Below, one piece after another: positions 1 through 8,626 of a stretch of DNA of 24,885 nt. Source of the stretch: Promethearchaeota archaeon. Lineage in GTDB: Archaea; Asgardarchaeota; Hermodarchaeia; Hermodarchaeales; Hermodarchaeaceae. Location of the stretch: the NCBI GenBank assembly GCA_048938295.1, contig JBHLMI010000032.1, positions 1 to 24,885 of the forward strand, read 5' to 3'. The notes below the pieces were generated by a model. That model was given only the letters and a program-made list of their open reading frames with translations, was not told where the DNA came from and made no database searches. Position 1 is the stretch's first letter; the number at the start of each line of letters is the position of its first letter. The position numbers and the translations under genes were made by a program.

Positions 1-794
1 TCTTCCTCTCGAGCTGTGGTAATTTGTATAGCACTGTCAAGACCTCCACGGAGAATGTTTGCTCCCAAAGTGAAATGCTTTGGGAGCCCACCGCCAAGAA
101 TAATGGCACTTACGCGTTTTGCATTATGCACCACGTCGTAAAGAATCTCCATGTCTTTTAACCCATTGAGTTTCAAGGGCTGAAGCTGGCTGAAAAGGGC
201 AATATGTAATCCCAGCATTGAGTCTAATATTCCAGGGCAAAAAATAGGAACCTTATTGAGATAGGCCTGGTGCACGATGGATTTTGGGTCCTTTATATAT
301 TCGCCAATTGTTGCGATGAGTTCTGAAGGTGAGAGACCCTCTCTACGCTTCTCTTCAGGAATTTTGCTCAAAATTAACCGAATCTCGTCTTCGAATTTTG
401 TAAAACCTTCGGTTTCTACATAGACATCTCCTGCTCGACCCAGTTGCTGTTCCGCTAACTCGCGGTCATCGGCGCGCAGGTCGCCCATAACGTGGTGTCC
501 TCCGATTGCTTCGAGTACGTCATGAACGATGTTAGCCCCACTGGTTACGATGGCGTGGATGCAGTTGGCCTTTATTAACTGGGCGATAATGTCGCGTAAT
601 CCTCCGGGAACCATTGGGCCCGCCATTGCTAAGAAGACGACATTTTCGGAGGTTGTAAAGATGTTTCGGACAATACGTGTAGCTCTCGCTACTCGTCCCG
701 CACCTAATACGCCTGCCTGTCCATATTGCTCAACTAACTCGCGTAGGGATATTCCCTTTCTGAGTTTCATTTGCTTGACATAGCGACGCGACAT
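1..794 (-). CDS. dys: Deoxyhypusine synthase (3' end runs off the window; absent from the ORF track)
   Basis: Manual translation from ATG at 794 gives MSRRYVKQMKL...FLAMAGPMVPGGLRDII...IVTSGANIVHDVLEAIGG...ILGGGLPKHF...AIQITTAREE with the frame open to the edge. These are DHS family motifs, and the gene lies directly downstream of aIF5A. Confidence 0.93.
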   Translation of the reverse strand, partial: MSRRYVKQMKLRKGISLRELVEQYGQAGVLGAGRVARATRIVRNIFTTSENVVFLAMAGPMVPGGLRDIIAQLIKANCIHAIVTSGANIVHDVLEAIGGHHVMGDLRADDRELAEQQLGRAGDVYVETEGFTKFEDEIRLILSKIPEEKRREGLSPSELIATIGEYIKDPKSIVHQAYLNKVPIFCPGILDSMLGLHIALFSQLQPLKLNGLKDMEILYDVVHNAKRVSAIILGGGLPKHFTLGANILRGGLDSAIQITTAREE

Positions 795-841
795 TGTGCA
801 AAATCCGGGTTAAGTGATTTCAAGTGGTTGAAGAAACCCCT

Positions 842-1246
842 TCATCGTCGGCGAATGAGCTTTCTTCGACCTAACACGATCCAGTATTCGATTTGGATGC
901 CTTGCTCAATTTCACCTTCGAAGCTCTCTGGAGCTGGCATCGGGGCCTCAAAGCTCTCATAGCTTTCCATGTCCATTAACCCCAATTGGGGGGGAGTGGC
1001 ATCGGTAATGTAGTTGACTTGAGCAACCCGCTTATCAATCACAGGAGAATCAACCTTGGTATCTGTAGGCAATACAATGCTTTTCTTTGACCCATCAAAG
1101 ATACTCACTGCTGTAATTCGGGCCTTGGCATGCCCGTGTTTGCCTGACTTACTCTTCTCAATACTGACTACTTTGTAGACGTCCTCCTCGATTACGAGGT
1201 GTCGTCCGACTTTCAGGCTACCAGCTTCGACTACTTTATGTGACAA
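842..1246 (-). CDS. eif5a: Translation factor aIF5A (eIF5A homolog)
   Basis: Hypusine loop KSKSGKHGHAKAR, then SVLPT..VDSPVIDKR-type C-terminal domain sequence. Start placed at TTG 1246 (LSHKVVEAGSLKVG), with GGTGG SD-like sequence upstream and a TATA box at 1283-1288. The ORF-track extension to 1315 runs through the promoter. Confidence 0.95.
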   Translation of the reverse strand: MSHKVVEAGSLKVGRHLVIEEDVYKVVSIEKSKSGKHGHAKARITAVSIFDGSKKSIVLPTDTKVDSPVIDKRVAQVNYITDATPPQLGLMDMESYESFEAPMPAPESFEGEIEQGIQIEYWIVLGRRKLIRRR

Positions 1247-1282
1247 CTTCTGCCACCGTTCCGGATAGAAATCAGGCGCTCT

Positions 1283-1295
1283 CTTAAACCTTTTT
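1283..1295 (-). promoter_or_regulatory. BRE/TATA promoter of aIF5A-dys
   Basis: Minus strand AAAAAGG-TTTAAG about 37 nt upstream of the TTG start. The same TTTAAG recurs upstream of three other genes in the window. Confidence 0.6.
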
Positions 1296-1336
1296 GCTAC
1301 TTCGCAAAAGCCCAAATATGAGGGAATCGTGACCAG

Positions 1337-1345
1337 TTTTTAAAG
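1337..1345 (+). promoter_or_regulatory. Candidate TATA box of nob1 (divergent from aIF5A)
   Basis: TTTTTAAAG about 40 nt upstream of GTG 1385, with GAGGCG SD-like sequence at 1373-1378. Confidence 0.45.
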
Positions 1346-1384
1346 TATATCTAATAAGCACTTCTAAATTTAGAGGCGTTAATA

Positions 1385-1915
1385 GTGCAACCACAACGAC
1401 CTACCATTTTTATCATTGATACCTCTGCACTCTACCATCAACAACAATTCGCGGCAGAAGATATTCAACTAGCAACCACACCACTTGTTGAAAAAGAAAT
1501 GCATCACAAAGGACTCAAGGAAAGCCTCGACCTCTTGATTGTAACCAACAAACTCCGCATCATCGAACCCACATCTCACTCGATTAAGAAGGTAAAAACC
1601 ACTGCGCAGAAGCTGGGGGATTTGCCCACTCTCTCTGAACCAGATCAAGAACTCCTCGCACTCGCTGTCGACCTCACAACCCAAGATTACCGAGTTATCC
1701 TGGTAACCGACGATTACGCAATCCAAAACGTTGCCCAACAACTTGGTGTAGAATTCAAATCAGTCTCAACATCCGGCATCCGTGAAATCATCAACTGGGA
1801 AACTTACTGCAAAGCTTGTGGCCACAAAGAACCAGGATCAACAACTGAAACCACCTGTCCTGTGTGTGGGACTGCTCTCAAACGTCGCGCGATCCGCAAA
1901 CAACATATCGAGTGA
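1385..1915 (+). CDS. nob1: Nob1-like PIN-domain endonuclease with C-terminal zinc ribbon (SSU rRNA maturation)
   Basis: PIN acidic motifs IIDTSAL, LSEPDQELLALA and VTDDYAIQNVA, plus C-terminal CKACG...CPVCG. GTG start. Confidence 0.9.
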   Translation: MQPQRPTIFIIDTSALYHQQQFAAEDIQLATTPLVEKEMHHKGLKESLDLLIVTNKLRIIEPTSHSIKKVKTTAQKLGDLPTLSEPDQELLALAVDLTTQDYRVILVTDDYAIQNVAQQLGVEFKSVSTSGIREIINWETYCKACGHKEPGSTTETTCPVCGTALKRRAIRKQHIE

Positions 1916-1939
1916 TCCTGGGTGTGCTAGTCAACAAAA

Positions 1940-1945
1940 TTTAAG
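1940..1945 (+). promoter_or_regulatory. Candidate TATA box of the Zn-finger/aEF-1beta unit
   Basis: CAAAA-TTTAAG in the nob1/Zn-finger intergenic gap. Confidence 0.5.
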
Positions 1946-1995
1946 AAGTCTTCGTGTATCCATCAGAATCACGCTAAACTAGAAAGGCGAACACG

Positions 1996-2172
1996 ATGAG
2001 TGAAAACAAAACATCATTCTGCTCCTGTTGTGGTGGCCTCATAACACCCCGTGAAAACTCGGTCCAGTTCACATGCCCTGCATGCGCAAACTATACAATT
2101 CGCCGGTGTCAAAAGTGCCGGGAATTCGCAAATACTTACACTTGCCCGGCCTGTAATTTCGAGGGGCCTTAA
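1996..2172 (+). CDS. Small double zinc-ribbon protein (DUF1610/COG2888-type), 58 aa; absent from the ORF track
   Basis: Manual translation MSENKTSFCSCCGGLITPRENSVQFTCPACANYTIRRCQKCREFANTYTCPACNFEGP*. It has four CxxC motifs and the family's terminal (C)GF.GP-type motif, and sits upstream of aEF-1beta as usual in archaea. Confidence 0.9.
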   Translation: MSENKTSFCSCCGGLITPRENSVQFTCPACANYTIRRCQKCREFANTYTCPACNFEGP

Positions 2173-2205
2173 CTCGTTTTAAACCAGTAAGTAAAGGTTA
2201 TTCAT

Positions 2206-2472
2206 ATGGGAAAGGTTCTTGCTATAATGAAAATTATGCCTGAAGACGCGAATGATCCAATTGGCGAATTACGCCAGCGGATTGACCAAGCCCTTGAAGG
2301 AGAAGTGCACATCGAAGCCTGGGAGGAGATTCCCATATTTGGACCACTCTATGCACTTCGTTTGCGCTTCATTGTCGATGACGAAGTGGGAGGCACTGCC
2401 TTCGTTGAGGAACGCATTAAGAAAGTCACTGGTGTTGGTGAAATCGAAGTCGAAGCGGTCAGCCTCATATAG
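2206..2472 (+). CDS. ef1b: Elongation factor aEF-1beta
   Basis: 88 aa: KVLAIMKIMPED...EVGGTAFVEERIKKVTGVGEIEVEAVSLI. Synteny with the Zn-finger gene matches. Confidence 0.88.
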   Translation: MGKVLAIMKIMPEDANDPIGELRQRIDQALEGEVHIEAWEEIPIFGPLYALRLRFIVDDEVGGTAFVEERIKKVTGVGEIEVEAVSLI

Positions 2473-2536
2473 ACGCAATCTAGCCTCGTTCCTCTTGACT
2501 TTCTGACAGTTTTTTATGTGTTAGTGCTGTTGCATA

Positions 2537-4744
2537 ATGTGGAGAATAACCGTGGAAGAAGATCAACCTCCGAAAGGAAAAAGCATCAACTTGCGTGTGA
2601 AAAAAGCTCACGAACGTGATGCAGGCCGCTTCATCATCCGCATAGATTCCTCAACGATGGAAAAACTTGGTGTCCAAACAGGAGACATCATCGGAATTAA
2701 GGGACGAAAAGAAACGGCCGGTATCGTGTGGCCAGCATATCCGCAGGATGAAGGACAAAGCATCATCCGAATGGATGGACGGATGCGCCGCAACGCTGGA
2801 ATTAGCTTAGAAGAACCCGTCACGGTGTATCCAGTTCAAGAACGCCAGGCCCTCTCCGTTGTCCTAGCTCCGCTAGAAATGCGATTCCCGGTGAAAGATT
2901 TTGATGATTTTGTCAAACAGAAACTCCTCAACTGCCCCGTCTGCAAAGACGATGTGGTTCATGTGTCCATTCTTGGACGCCCTGTACGATTTAGTGTGCG
3001 CCGCTCGCGCCCCACAGGCGTAGTGGTCATCGCATTAAACTCACAGCTTACAATCCTGAGCGAACCGCCAAAGGAACTAGAAATCGGCGTTCCCCTTATC
3101 ACCTATGAGGAAATTGGTGGCCTTAGCCACGAAATTCAACGGATTCGAGAAATGGTTGAGCTACCTCTGAAACACCCCGAGCTCTTCGCTCGTCTAGGAA
3201 TCACCCCTCCCAAAGGAGTCTTACTCTTTGGTCCCCCTGGCTGTGGGAAAACCCTGTTGGCGCAAGCCGTGGCCAACGAGTCAGAGGCCCATTTCATCTC
3301 CATCAATGGCCCTGAAATCATGAGCAAATTCTATGGTGAATCCGAAAAACGCCTGCGTCAAATCTTCGAAGATGCAGAAAAGAACGCACCCAGTATTGTA
3401 TTCATCGATGAACTGGACGCCATTGCACCAAAACGCGAAGAGGTTATCGGAGAAGTTGAACGCCGAGTGGTCGCTCAACTCCTCGCTGTCATGGATGGGC
3501 TCCAGAAGCGCGGACAGGTGATTGTCGTCGGGGCTTCTAATCGACCGAACGCTATCGATCCTGCTCTCCGACGACCAGGTCGGTTTGATCGCGAAATCGA
3601 GATTCGGGTTCCTGATAAAGAGGGCCGGCTTCAAATCATTCATATTCACTCTCGGGGTATGCCACTGGAATCTGTCAAACCTGAAGCCATTGCCGACATC
3701 ACCCACGGCTTCGTTGGTGCCGATCTAGCGGCCCTCTGTCGCGAAGCAGCCATGAACGCACTACGCCGCTACCTTCCACGAATTAACCTCGAAGAAGATG
3801 AGATTCCCCCCGAAGTTCTCGCCGATTTACGCGTCACCAACAACGACTTCGTCGAAGCCCTCCGAGAAATTCAACCTACCGCCATGCGCGAGGTAACCAT
3901 TGAAGTACCGAACGTGCGCTGGGACGATATTGGTGGGCTTGAGGGCATCAAGCATAAACTGCAACAGGCCGTTCAATGGCCAATACGACACCCCGACTCC
4001 TTTACACGGCTTGGTGTTGAACCACCCCGCGGGGTGCTCCTCTATGGGCCCCCAGGATGTGGCAAGACCATGCTTGCCCGAGCCGTGGCCACCGAAAGCG
4101 AAGCGAACTTCATTAGCATCAAAGGCCCAGAAATTCTTAGCAAATGGGTGGGTGAATCGGAGAAGGCTATCCGTGAAGTATTCCGCCGGGCCCGCCACGC
4201 TGCTCCCGCGATCATCTTCTTCGACGAAATCGATGCCATCGCCCCCTCAAGAGGAACAGGTGCCGGGGACTCACATGTCACAGAACGAGTAATTAGCCAA
4301 TTCCTCACAGAAATTGATGGCATTCAATCTCTGAAAGACATCGTTGTTCTGGCTGCAACCAATCGTCCTGATCTCTTGGATCCTGCAATGCTAAGACCAG
4401 GGCGCTTTGATCGACATATCATTGTGCCTGCTCCCGATGAAGCCGCACGTAGGCAAATCTTCGAAATCTATACCAAGAATATGCCCATTGCCAAAGATGT
4501 AGATCTGGATGAGTTAGTGAAGAAATCTCAAAACTTCGCGGGAAGTGATATCGCCGCATGCTGCCGTGAAGCAGCACTTGCATCCCTTGAGGAAAACATG
4601 AAATCCACGAAAGTTACGCGAAGCCACTTCCTGAAAGCGATTGGCGAAGTACCTCCAACAATAACTCCGGAAATGGAAAAAGCCTACCAGTCCTGGGGGA
4701 AGCGAGCGAAGCAAACTCGTCCAGAAACCTCCCCCTTCGCTTAG
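2537..4744 (+). CDS. cdc48: Cdc48/VAT (p97-like) double AAA+ ATPase
   Basis: N-domain followed by two AAA modules, each with Walker A GPPGCGKT. Walker B FIDELD and FFDEID, pore loops KFYG and [15 protein letters not shown] and LRPGRFD. The start could alternatively be GTG 2552, which has GGAGA upstream. Confidence 0.97.
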   Translation: MWRITVEEDQPPKGKSINLRVKKAHERDAGRFIIRIDSSTMEKLGVQTGDIIGIKGRKETAGIVWPAYPQDEGQSIIRMDGRMRRNAGISLEEPVTVYPVQERQALSVVLAPLEMRFPVKDFDDFVKQKLLNCPVCKDDVVHVSILGRPVRFSVRRSRPTGVVVIALNSQLTILSEPPKELEIGVPLITYEEIGGLSHEIQRIREMVELPLKHPELFARLGITPPKGVLLFGPPGCGKTLLAQAVANESEAHFISINGPEIMSKFYGESEKRLRQIFEDAEKNAPSIVFIDELDAIAPKREEVIGEVERRVVAQLLAVMDGLQKRGQVIVVGASNRPNAIDPALRRPGRFDREIEIRVPDKEGRLQIIHIHSRGMPLESVKPEAIADITHGFVGADLAALCREAAMNALRRYLPRINLEEDEIPPEVLADLRVTNNDFVEALREIQPTAMREVTIEVPNVRWDDIGGLEGIKHKLQQAVQWPIRHPDSFTRLGVEPPRGVLLYGPPGCGKTMLARAVATESEANFISIKGPEILSKWVGESEKAIREVFRRARHAAPAIIFFDEIDAIAPSRGTGAGDSHVTERVISQFLTEIDGIQSLKDIVVLAATNRPDLLDPAMLRPGRFDRHIIVPAPDEAARRQIFEIYTKNMPIAKDVDLDELVKKSQNFAGSDIAACCREAALASLEENMKSTKVTRSHFLKAIGEVPPTITPEMEKAYQSWGKRAKQTRPETSPFA

Positions 4745-4773
4745 GTAACAGTGACTCAAAGATTGAAGACGCT

Positions 4774-5025
4774 CTAGTCCTCGGCAATGGCCAGATACCG
4801 GCGTTCACCAAGCAACTCGATTTTTCGTTTGGTTTTGGTAATCTGTTGAACATGGATCTTCCCGCTTATCTCCAACTCCATTAACGTTCGGTCCAATTCA
4901 TGGGCATCCACGTTCACTCGGTTGGTCTTCAGCAACCGCGTTAACTCCCTGTCGATGAGGACTCCTTGACGCTTTTCAAGAATTGAGAGAATGACATTAC
5001 GAAGAGGAATTGTTCTCCACGTCAT
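4774..5025 (-). CDS. Small (83 aa) conserved-looking protein, probable winged-helix fold, function unknown
   Basis: ATG 5025 with GGGAGG SD 9 nt upstream. MTWRTIPLRNVILSILEKRQG...ELDRTLMELEISGKIHVQQITKTKRKIEL has a helix-helix-helix then beta-hairpin pattern typical of wH proteins. Fold assignment is by eye. Confidence 0.7.
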   Translation of the reverse strand: MTWRTIPLRNVILSILEKRQGVLIDRELTRLLKTNRVNVDAHELDRTLMELEISGKIHVQQITKTKRKIELLGERRYLAIAED

Positions 5026-5123
5026 AGCATTCAACCTCCCTATACAAATTAGCAGAAAATATTCTGAACTGACTAGTAAGGTGCATCTCATCGAGATGCT
5101 AGGTCAAGACTTACATGGGGGCA

Positions 5124-5135
5124 TTTTAAAGTTTC
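5124..5135 (-). promoter_or_regulatory. Candidate BRE/TATA of the wH-like gene
   Basis: Minus strand GAAAC-TTTAAAA. Confidence 0.45.
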
Positions 5136-5168
5136 TCCTTCCTCGGGAAGTCGACGAAACCATACAAC

Positions 5169-5174
5169 TTTAAG
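5169..5174 (+). promoter_or_regulatory. Candidate TATA of the RPA-PCNA-primase-GINS-ribosomal cluster
   Basis: TTTAAG about 48 nt upstream of ATG 5222. Confidence 0.5.
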
Positions 5175-5221
5175 AAACATAGTGAGACATCCTATGAAAG
5201 AGCAACTGGCGGAAGCTTTCA

Positions 5222-5566
5222 ATGTCAACTGATCCCTTCGTCCGAACACCAGCCGTGTACACTAATATCGGGAATATCACCTCCGATTCTGCAGGTCAAC
5301 GCGTTCGTATAATGGGGTTTGTCGTCGACATCCAGGAGAATACAGGCTTTACCATTAGTGATGATACGGGGCGAATTTCTGTAATCGCTGATCAGCCACC
5401 GGAACTGCAAACTTTTGTAAGAGTATTTGGTACAGTCGCAGTATCTCAGGAGGGTGTTCCTCTACTTCGAGCCGAAATAACACAAGATCTCACCGCACTT
5501 GATAAACAGTTATTTAAGCGTGTATTGAAAATAGTCCAAACCGCCCCCAGCGGGAGGAGTTCCTAG
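5222..5566 (+). CDS. Single OB-fold protein, RPA small subunit (RPA14/RPA3-like)
   Basis: R.PAV...I...RVRIMGFVV...ISDDTGRISV...FVRVFGTV...LRAEITQDL..LD..LF matches the archaeal small RPA pattern. It lies directly upstream of PCNA. Confidence 0.75.
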   Translation: MSTDPFVRTPAVYTNIGNITSDSAGQRVRIMGFVVDIQENTGFTISDDTGRISVIADQPPELQTFVRVFGTVAVSQEGVPLLRAEITQDLTALDKQLFKRVLKIVQTAPSGRSS

Positions 5567-6322
5567 TTGTTTGTAGTAAAATTTGATGATGCAAAAACCT
5601 GGCAATCTCTTATTGGTGCCATTTCAGCCCTGGTCGATGAAGCGAACTTCGAGATTTCACCTAAAGGTATGACGCTCCGAGCCATGGATCCCTCACGGAT
5701 TGCGATGGTCGATTTCGAATTACCGAAGAGCGCATTTAGCCATTATGAATGTGACGAGGAAGGACGAATCGGAATAAATCTGGACGAAATGGACAAAATT
5801 GTGAAACGAGCCGGAGCAGGAAATAGCCTAGAATTAGGGCTTAATCGGGAAAAGAATCAGTTACGAATCACACTTCAGGGTCGTACGAAACGGAGTTTCA
5901 ACATTTCTCTCATTGATCTTGGAGCAGAGCGCCCCCCAAGCTTAAATGTAGATTTTGACATCAATGTCAAAATTACCGCCGAAACACTCAAGGAAATCAT
6001 ACAGGATGCAAACATCATCAGTGACTTCATCGCCATTGATGCTGCCTCTGACAGCCTGCTAATCTCAGCCCGAGGTGATACAGGCAACTTAGAGGTCAAG
6101 ATCGGAAAATCCGAGGAGGCGCTCTTAGAGTATACTGTAAAACAACCTGCCAAATCCCTTTACGCCCTTGAATATCTCAACGACATGATGAAAGCCGTTG
6201 CAGCCTCAGATACCGTGCAATTAGAATTCGGTAAGGGTACTCCCATTAAACTAGTCTTTGCCGTCAGTAGTGGAGGACACATCACCTACTTCCTTGCTCC
6301 ACGAGTCGAAGACGACTTCTAA
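5567..6322 (+). CDS. pcn: DNA polymerase sliding clamp PCNA
   Basis: LRAMDPSRIAMVDF, YALEYL and C-terminal YFLAPRVE; 251 aa. TTG start immediately after the upstream TAG, with GGAGG SD. Confidence 0.97.
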   Translation: MFVVKFDDAKTWQSLIGAISALVDEANFEISPKGMTLRAMDPSRIAMVDFELPKSAFSHYECDEEGRIGINLDEMDKIVKRAGAGNSLELGLNREKNQLRITLQGRTKRSFNISLIDLGAERPPSLNVDFDINVKITAETLKEIIQDANIISDFIAIDAASDSLLISARGDTGNLEVKIGKSEEALLEYTVKQPAKSLYALEYLNDMMKAVAASDTVQLEFGKGTPIKLVFAVSSGGHITYFLAPRVEDDF

Positions 6323-6360
6323 ATTCCTAAATACCAAGTTCGCAATATTAGGCAACGAAA

Positions 6361-7395
6361 ATGCAAGAGGATATTTCAATACATGAAGCAGCCAAATACC
6401 CCTGGTCAGTGATGGCTAGGTCCTTACTCAAAGAATACAACGTTTTGCTTGCTGAAGTGGATACCAATCCTCGGGTCATTAAGCGTGCAGAGCTGCGATT
6501 AATCGATGCCCTAGAAACTAAGGTTCCACGAAAAAGCATGGATTCAAATGATGATCCTTACGTCGAACTGACCAGCTTCTTTGTGGCAAAAGCGTTAGTA
6601 GACGCCATCGCTAGTATGTACTTGCGGCGTCGATGGGCGACAGCAGAAGCAAAATTGACAGAAGCGTTCCTCATCAAAGAAACTGATTTGAAACTCGCTC
6701 GAATCGCAAACCGTGAATTCAACTGGCAAGTGAAAACGGTGAAATCACAGATTGCAGGCCGATCTTTCACCCACAGCATTCACTTCACTAATTATTTAGC
6801 TGCGACCGAAGGGCTCCGTGACCTCAAATGGAAACTCGTGAATAAGCGACTGTCTAATGGGTTTGTCTTGCTCCGAAAAACTGAGACAACTCGGGTTATT
6901 CGAGCCGCAGTGGAACAACTCCTCGTACGTGATATCAAAAAAGTCGATGCCGAGTTTCCGCCGAATATTCAACAGGTATATGATGAAATTGATGCTAAGG
7001 TTCGAAAGCGAGTGGACCGCCACAGACAGGAAATCGAGGGGGAAATCATTCCTGAGGCGTTCCCTCCTTGTATGCAGGCAATTCTCTCAGATCTGAAGGA
7101 GGGTCGACCTCTATCTCATATTGCTCGGTTCGCCATAACGGCGTTTTTGTTGAATGTCGGTATGGAAGTTGATTCAATAATTGAGCTATTCATGAAGGCT
7201 CCTGATTTCCGTGAGGATTTAGCCCGTTATCAGATTGAACATATTGCTGGAAAACGGGGGGCTACAGTGTATACGCCTCCAAGCTGTGCCTACATGTTAT
7301 CTGTACGACTGTGTGTTAATCCTGACCAAGTGGGCGTTCGACGACACCCTCTGAATTACTACCGATATAGGAGGAAAAGAACATCCAAACCATGA
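6361..7395 (+). CDS. priL: DNA primase large subunit
   Basis: AKYPW, FPPCM...LSHIARFAITAFL, PDFREDLARYQIEHI, YTPPSC, HPLNYY. Confidence 0.95.
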   Translation: MQEDISIHEAAKYPWSVMARSLLKEYNVLLAEVDTNPRVIKRAELRLIDALETKVPRKSMDSNDDPYVELTSFFVAKALVDAIASMYLRRRWATAEAKLTEAFLIKETDLKLARIANREFNWQVKTVKSQIAGRSFTHSIHFTNYLAATEGLRDLKWKLVNKRLSNGFVLLRKTETTRVIRAAVEQLLVRDIKKVDAEFPPNIQQVYDEIDAKVRKRVDRHRQEIEGEIIPEAFPPCMQAILSDLKEGRPLSHIARFAITAFLLNVGMEVDSIIELFMKAPDFREDLARYQIEHIAGKRGATVYTPPSCAYMLSVRLCVNPDQVGVRRHPLNYYRYRRKRTSKP

Positions 7396-8612
7396 CCTTT
7401 CTTATCAAGCACTTTGCAGACTACTACCGCAATCCAACAACACCCTTCACTCCTCCCCGTCAATTCGAAAGTCGGGAGTTTGCATTCTTTTGGTTTGATC
7501 GAGAAGGGGTGTTCCGTCATACTAATTTTGTCAACCCTAAGGAACTTGTCGAGTTCATCAGTAAGGAAGGGCCCGCGCACATATTCCACTCTGCAGCTTA
7601 TTATGATATTCCAGATGCCCCCCAAATGCCACTAAAGGGTTGGCGTGGTGCGGATTTAGTCTTTGACATTGATGCAGATCATTTTGATTTACCATGCCAA
7701 CAACAACATGACTCATGGTCTTGCTTAGATTGTGACCACCGCGGTCATGGAAATCGACCTGAGCAATGTCCTAGGTGTAACAGCACCCGAGTTAAAGCCT
7801 TCAAATGGATGTGCGAAGAATGCCTATCACACGCCAAAGCCGAAGCGATTAAGATCATTGAAAATTTCCTCATTCCCGACATGGGACTCTCAACAAAGGA
7901 TATCATGGTTGTTTTCTCAGGTCACCGGGGGTATCATATCCACAGCATCGCTCCAGAGTTACATACCCTTGGTTCCCAAGAACGGCGTGAAATCGTCGAC
8001 TACATCTCGGGTACTGGTATTGAATATAGGTATCATGGCTTTGTCGAAAAGAGCTATGGCGTTCCTAAGGGGCCAGATTCGAATTCTCCTGGATGGGAAG
8101 GAAAAATCGCAGAGGGCATTCAGCGCCTGTTTCGGAATCCACAACAACTGGGCTATATTCCTGGGCTCCGGGCTAATCAGATTCGACTCCTGCAAGATGA
8201 TGCTCCCGCTATATACAAACAACTCACTGAAACGCCTCCACGCTATATTACACCCAAAGGAGTTGGACAAAAGGCCTGGTACACCATCACACAGTATGTC
8301 GTCGAATCCTTAGCGGCTGTAGTCGATGAACCCGTAACCACTGACATTCACCGGCTAATTCGTCTTCCCGGATCCTTACATGGAAAAACAGGATTTCTGG
8401 TAAAGAAACTTGAATTATCTGATCTTGACAATTTTGACCCGTTCAAAGATGCCCAGGTCTTCTCGGGCACTACCACAGTTCACGTCTTAAACGCTCCTGC
8501 ATTTACATTGAACGGGAAACACTATCCTCCCATGCGCGAAATTAAAAAGGAGCTTCCACTCTCCGCTGCTATGCTACTCCTCTGCAAAGGAGTAGCTGAA
8601 CTTGTGAACTAA
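7392..8612 (+). CDS. priS: DNA primase small (catalytic) subunit
   Basis: REFAF, catalytic LVFDIDAD, FSGHRGYHIH, DEPVTTDIHRLIRLPGSLHGKTG. ATGA overlap with priL. Confidence 0.96.
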   Translation: MTFLIKHFADYYRNPTTPFTPPRQFESREFAFFWFDREGVFRHTNFVNPKELVEFISKEGPAHIFHSAAYYDIPDAPQMPLKGWRGADLVFDIDADHFDLPCQQQHDSWSCLDCDHRGHGNRPEQCPRCNSTRVKAFKWMCEECLSHAKAEAIKIIENFLIPDMGLSTKDIMVVFSGHRGYHIHSIAPELHTLGSQERREIVDYISGTGIEYRYHGFVEKSYGVPKGPDSNSPGWEGKIAEGIQRLFRNPQQLGYIPGLRANQIRLLQDDAPAIYKQLTETPPRYITPKGVGQKAWYTITQYVVESLAAVVDEPVTTDIHRLIRLPGSLHGKTGFLVKKLELSDLDNFDPFKDAQVFSGTTTVHVLNAPAFTLNGKHYPPMREIKKELPLSAAMLLLCKGVAELVN

Positions 8613-8626
8613 AGAAGGGTTCCACA

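Noticed and set aside
1247-1315. N-terminal extension of aIF5A in the ORF track
   Set aside because: It spans the BRE/TATA and has no family similarity. TTG 1246 fits the SD and the family length.
5026-5091. Longer start (ATG 5091) for the wH-like gene
   Set aside because: ATG 5025 has a strong GGGAGG SD, and the extension looks like translated UTR.
5092-5221. Replication origin upstream of the replication cluster
   Set aside because: Only one ORB-like palindrome, no extended AT-rich unwinding element and no adjacent orc1/cdc6. Kept only as a possible operator.
6325-6350. Weak inverted repeat CCTAAATA...TATTAGG between pcn and priL
   Set aside because: AT-rich, bulged, with a long loop and no T-run. 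Too weak to call a terminator.
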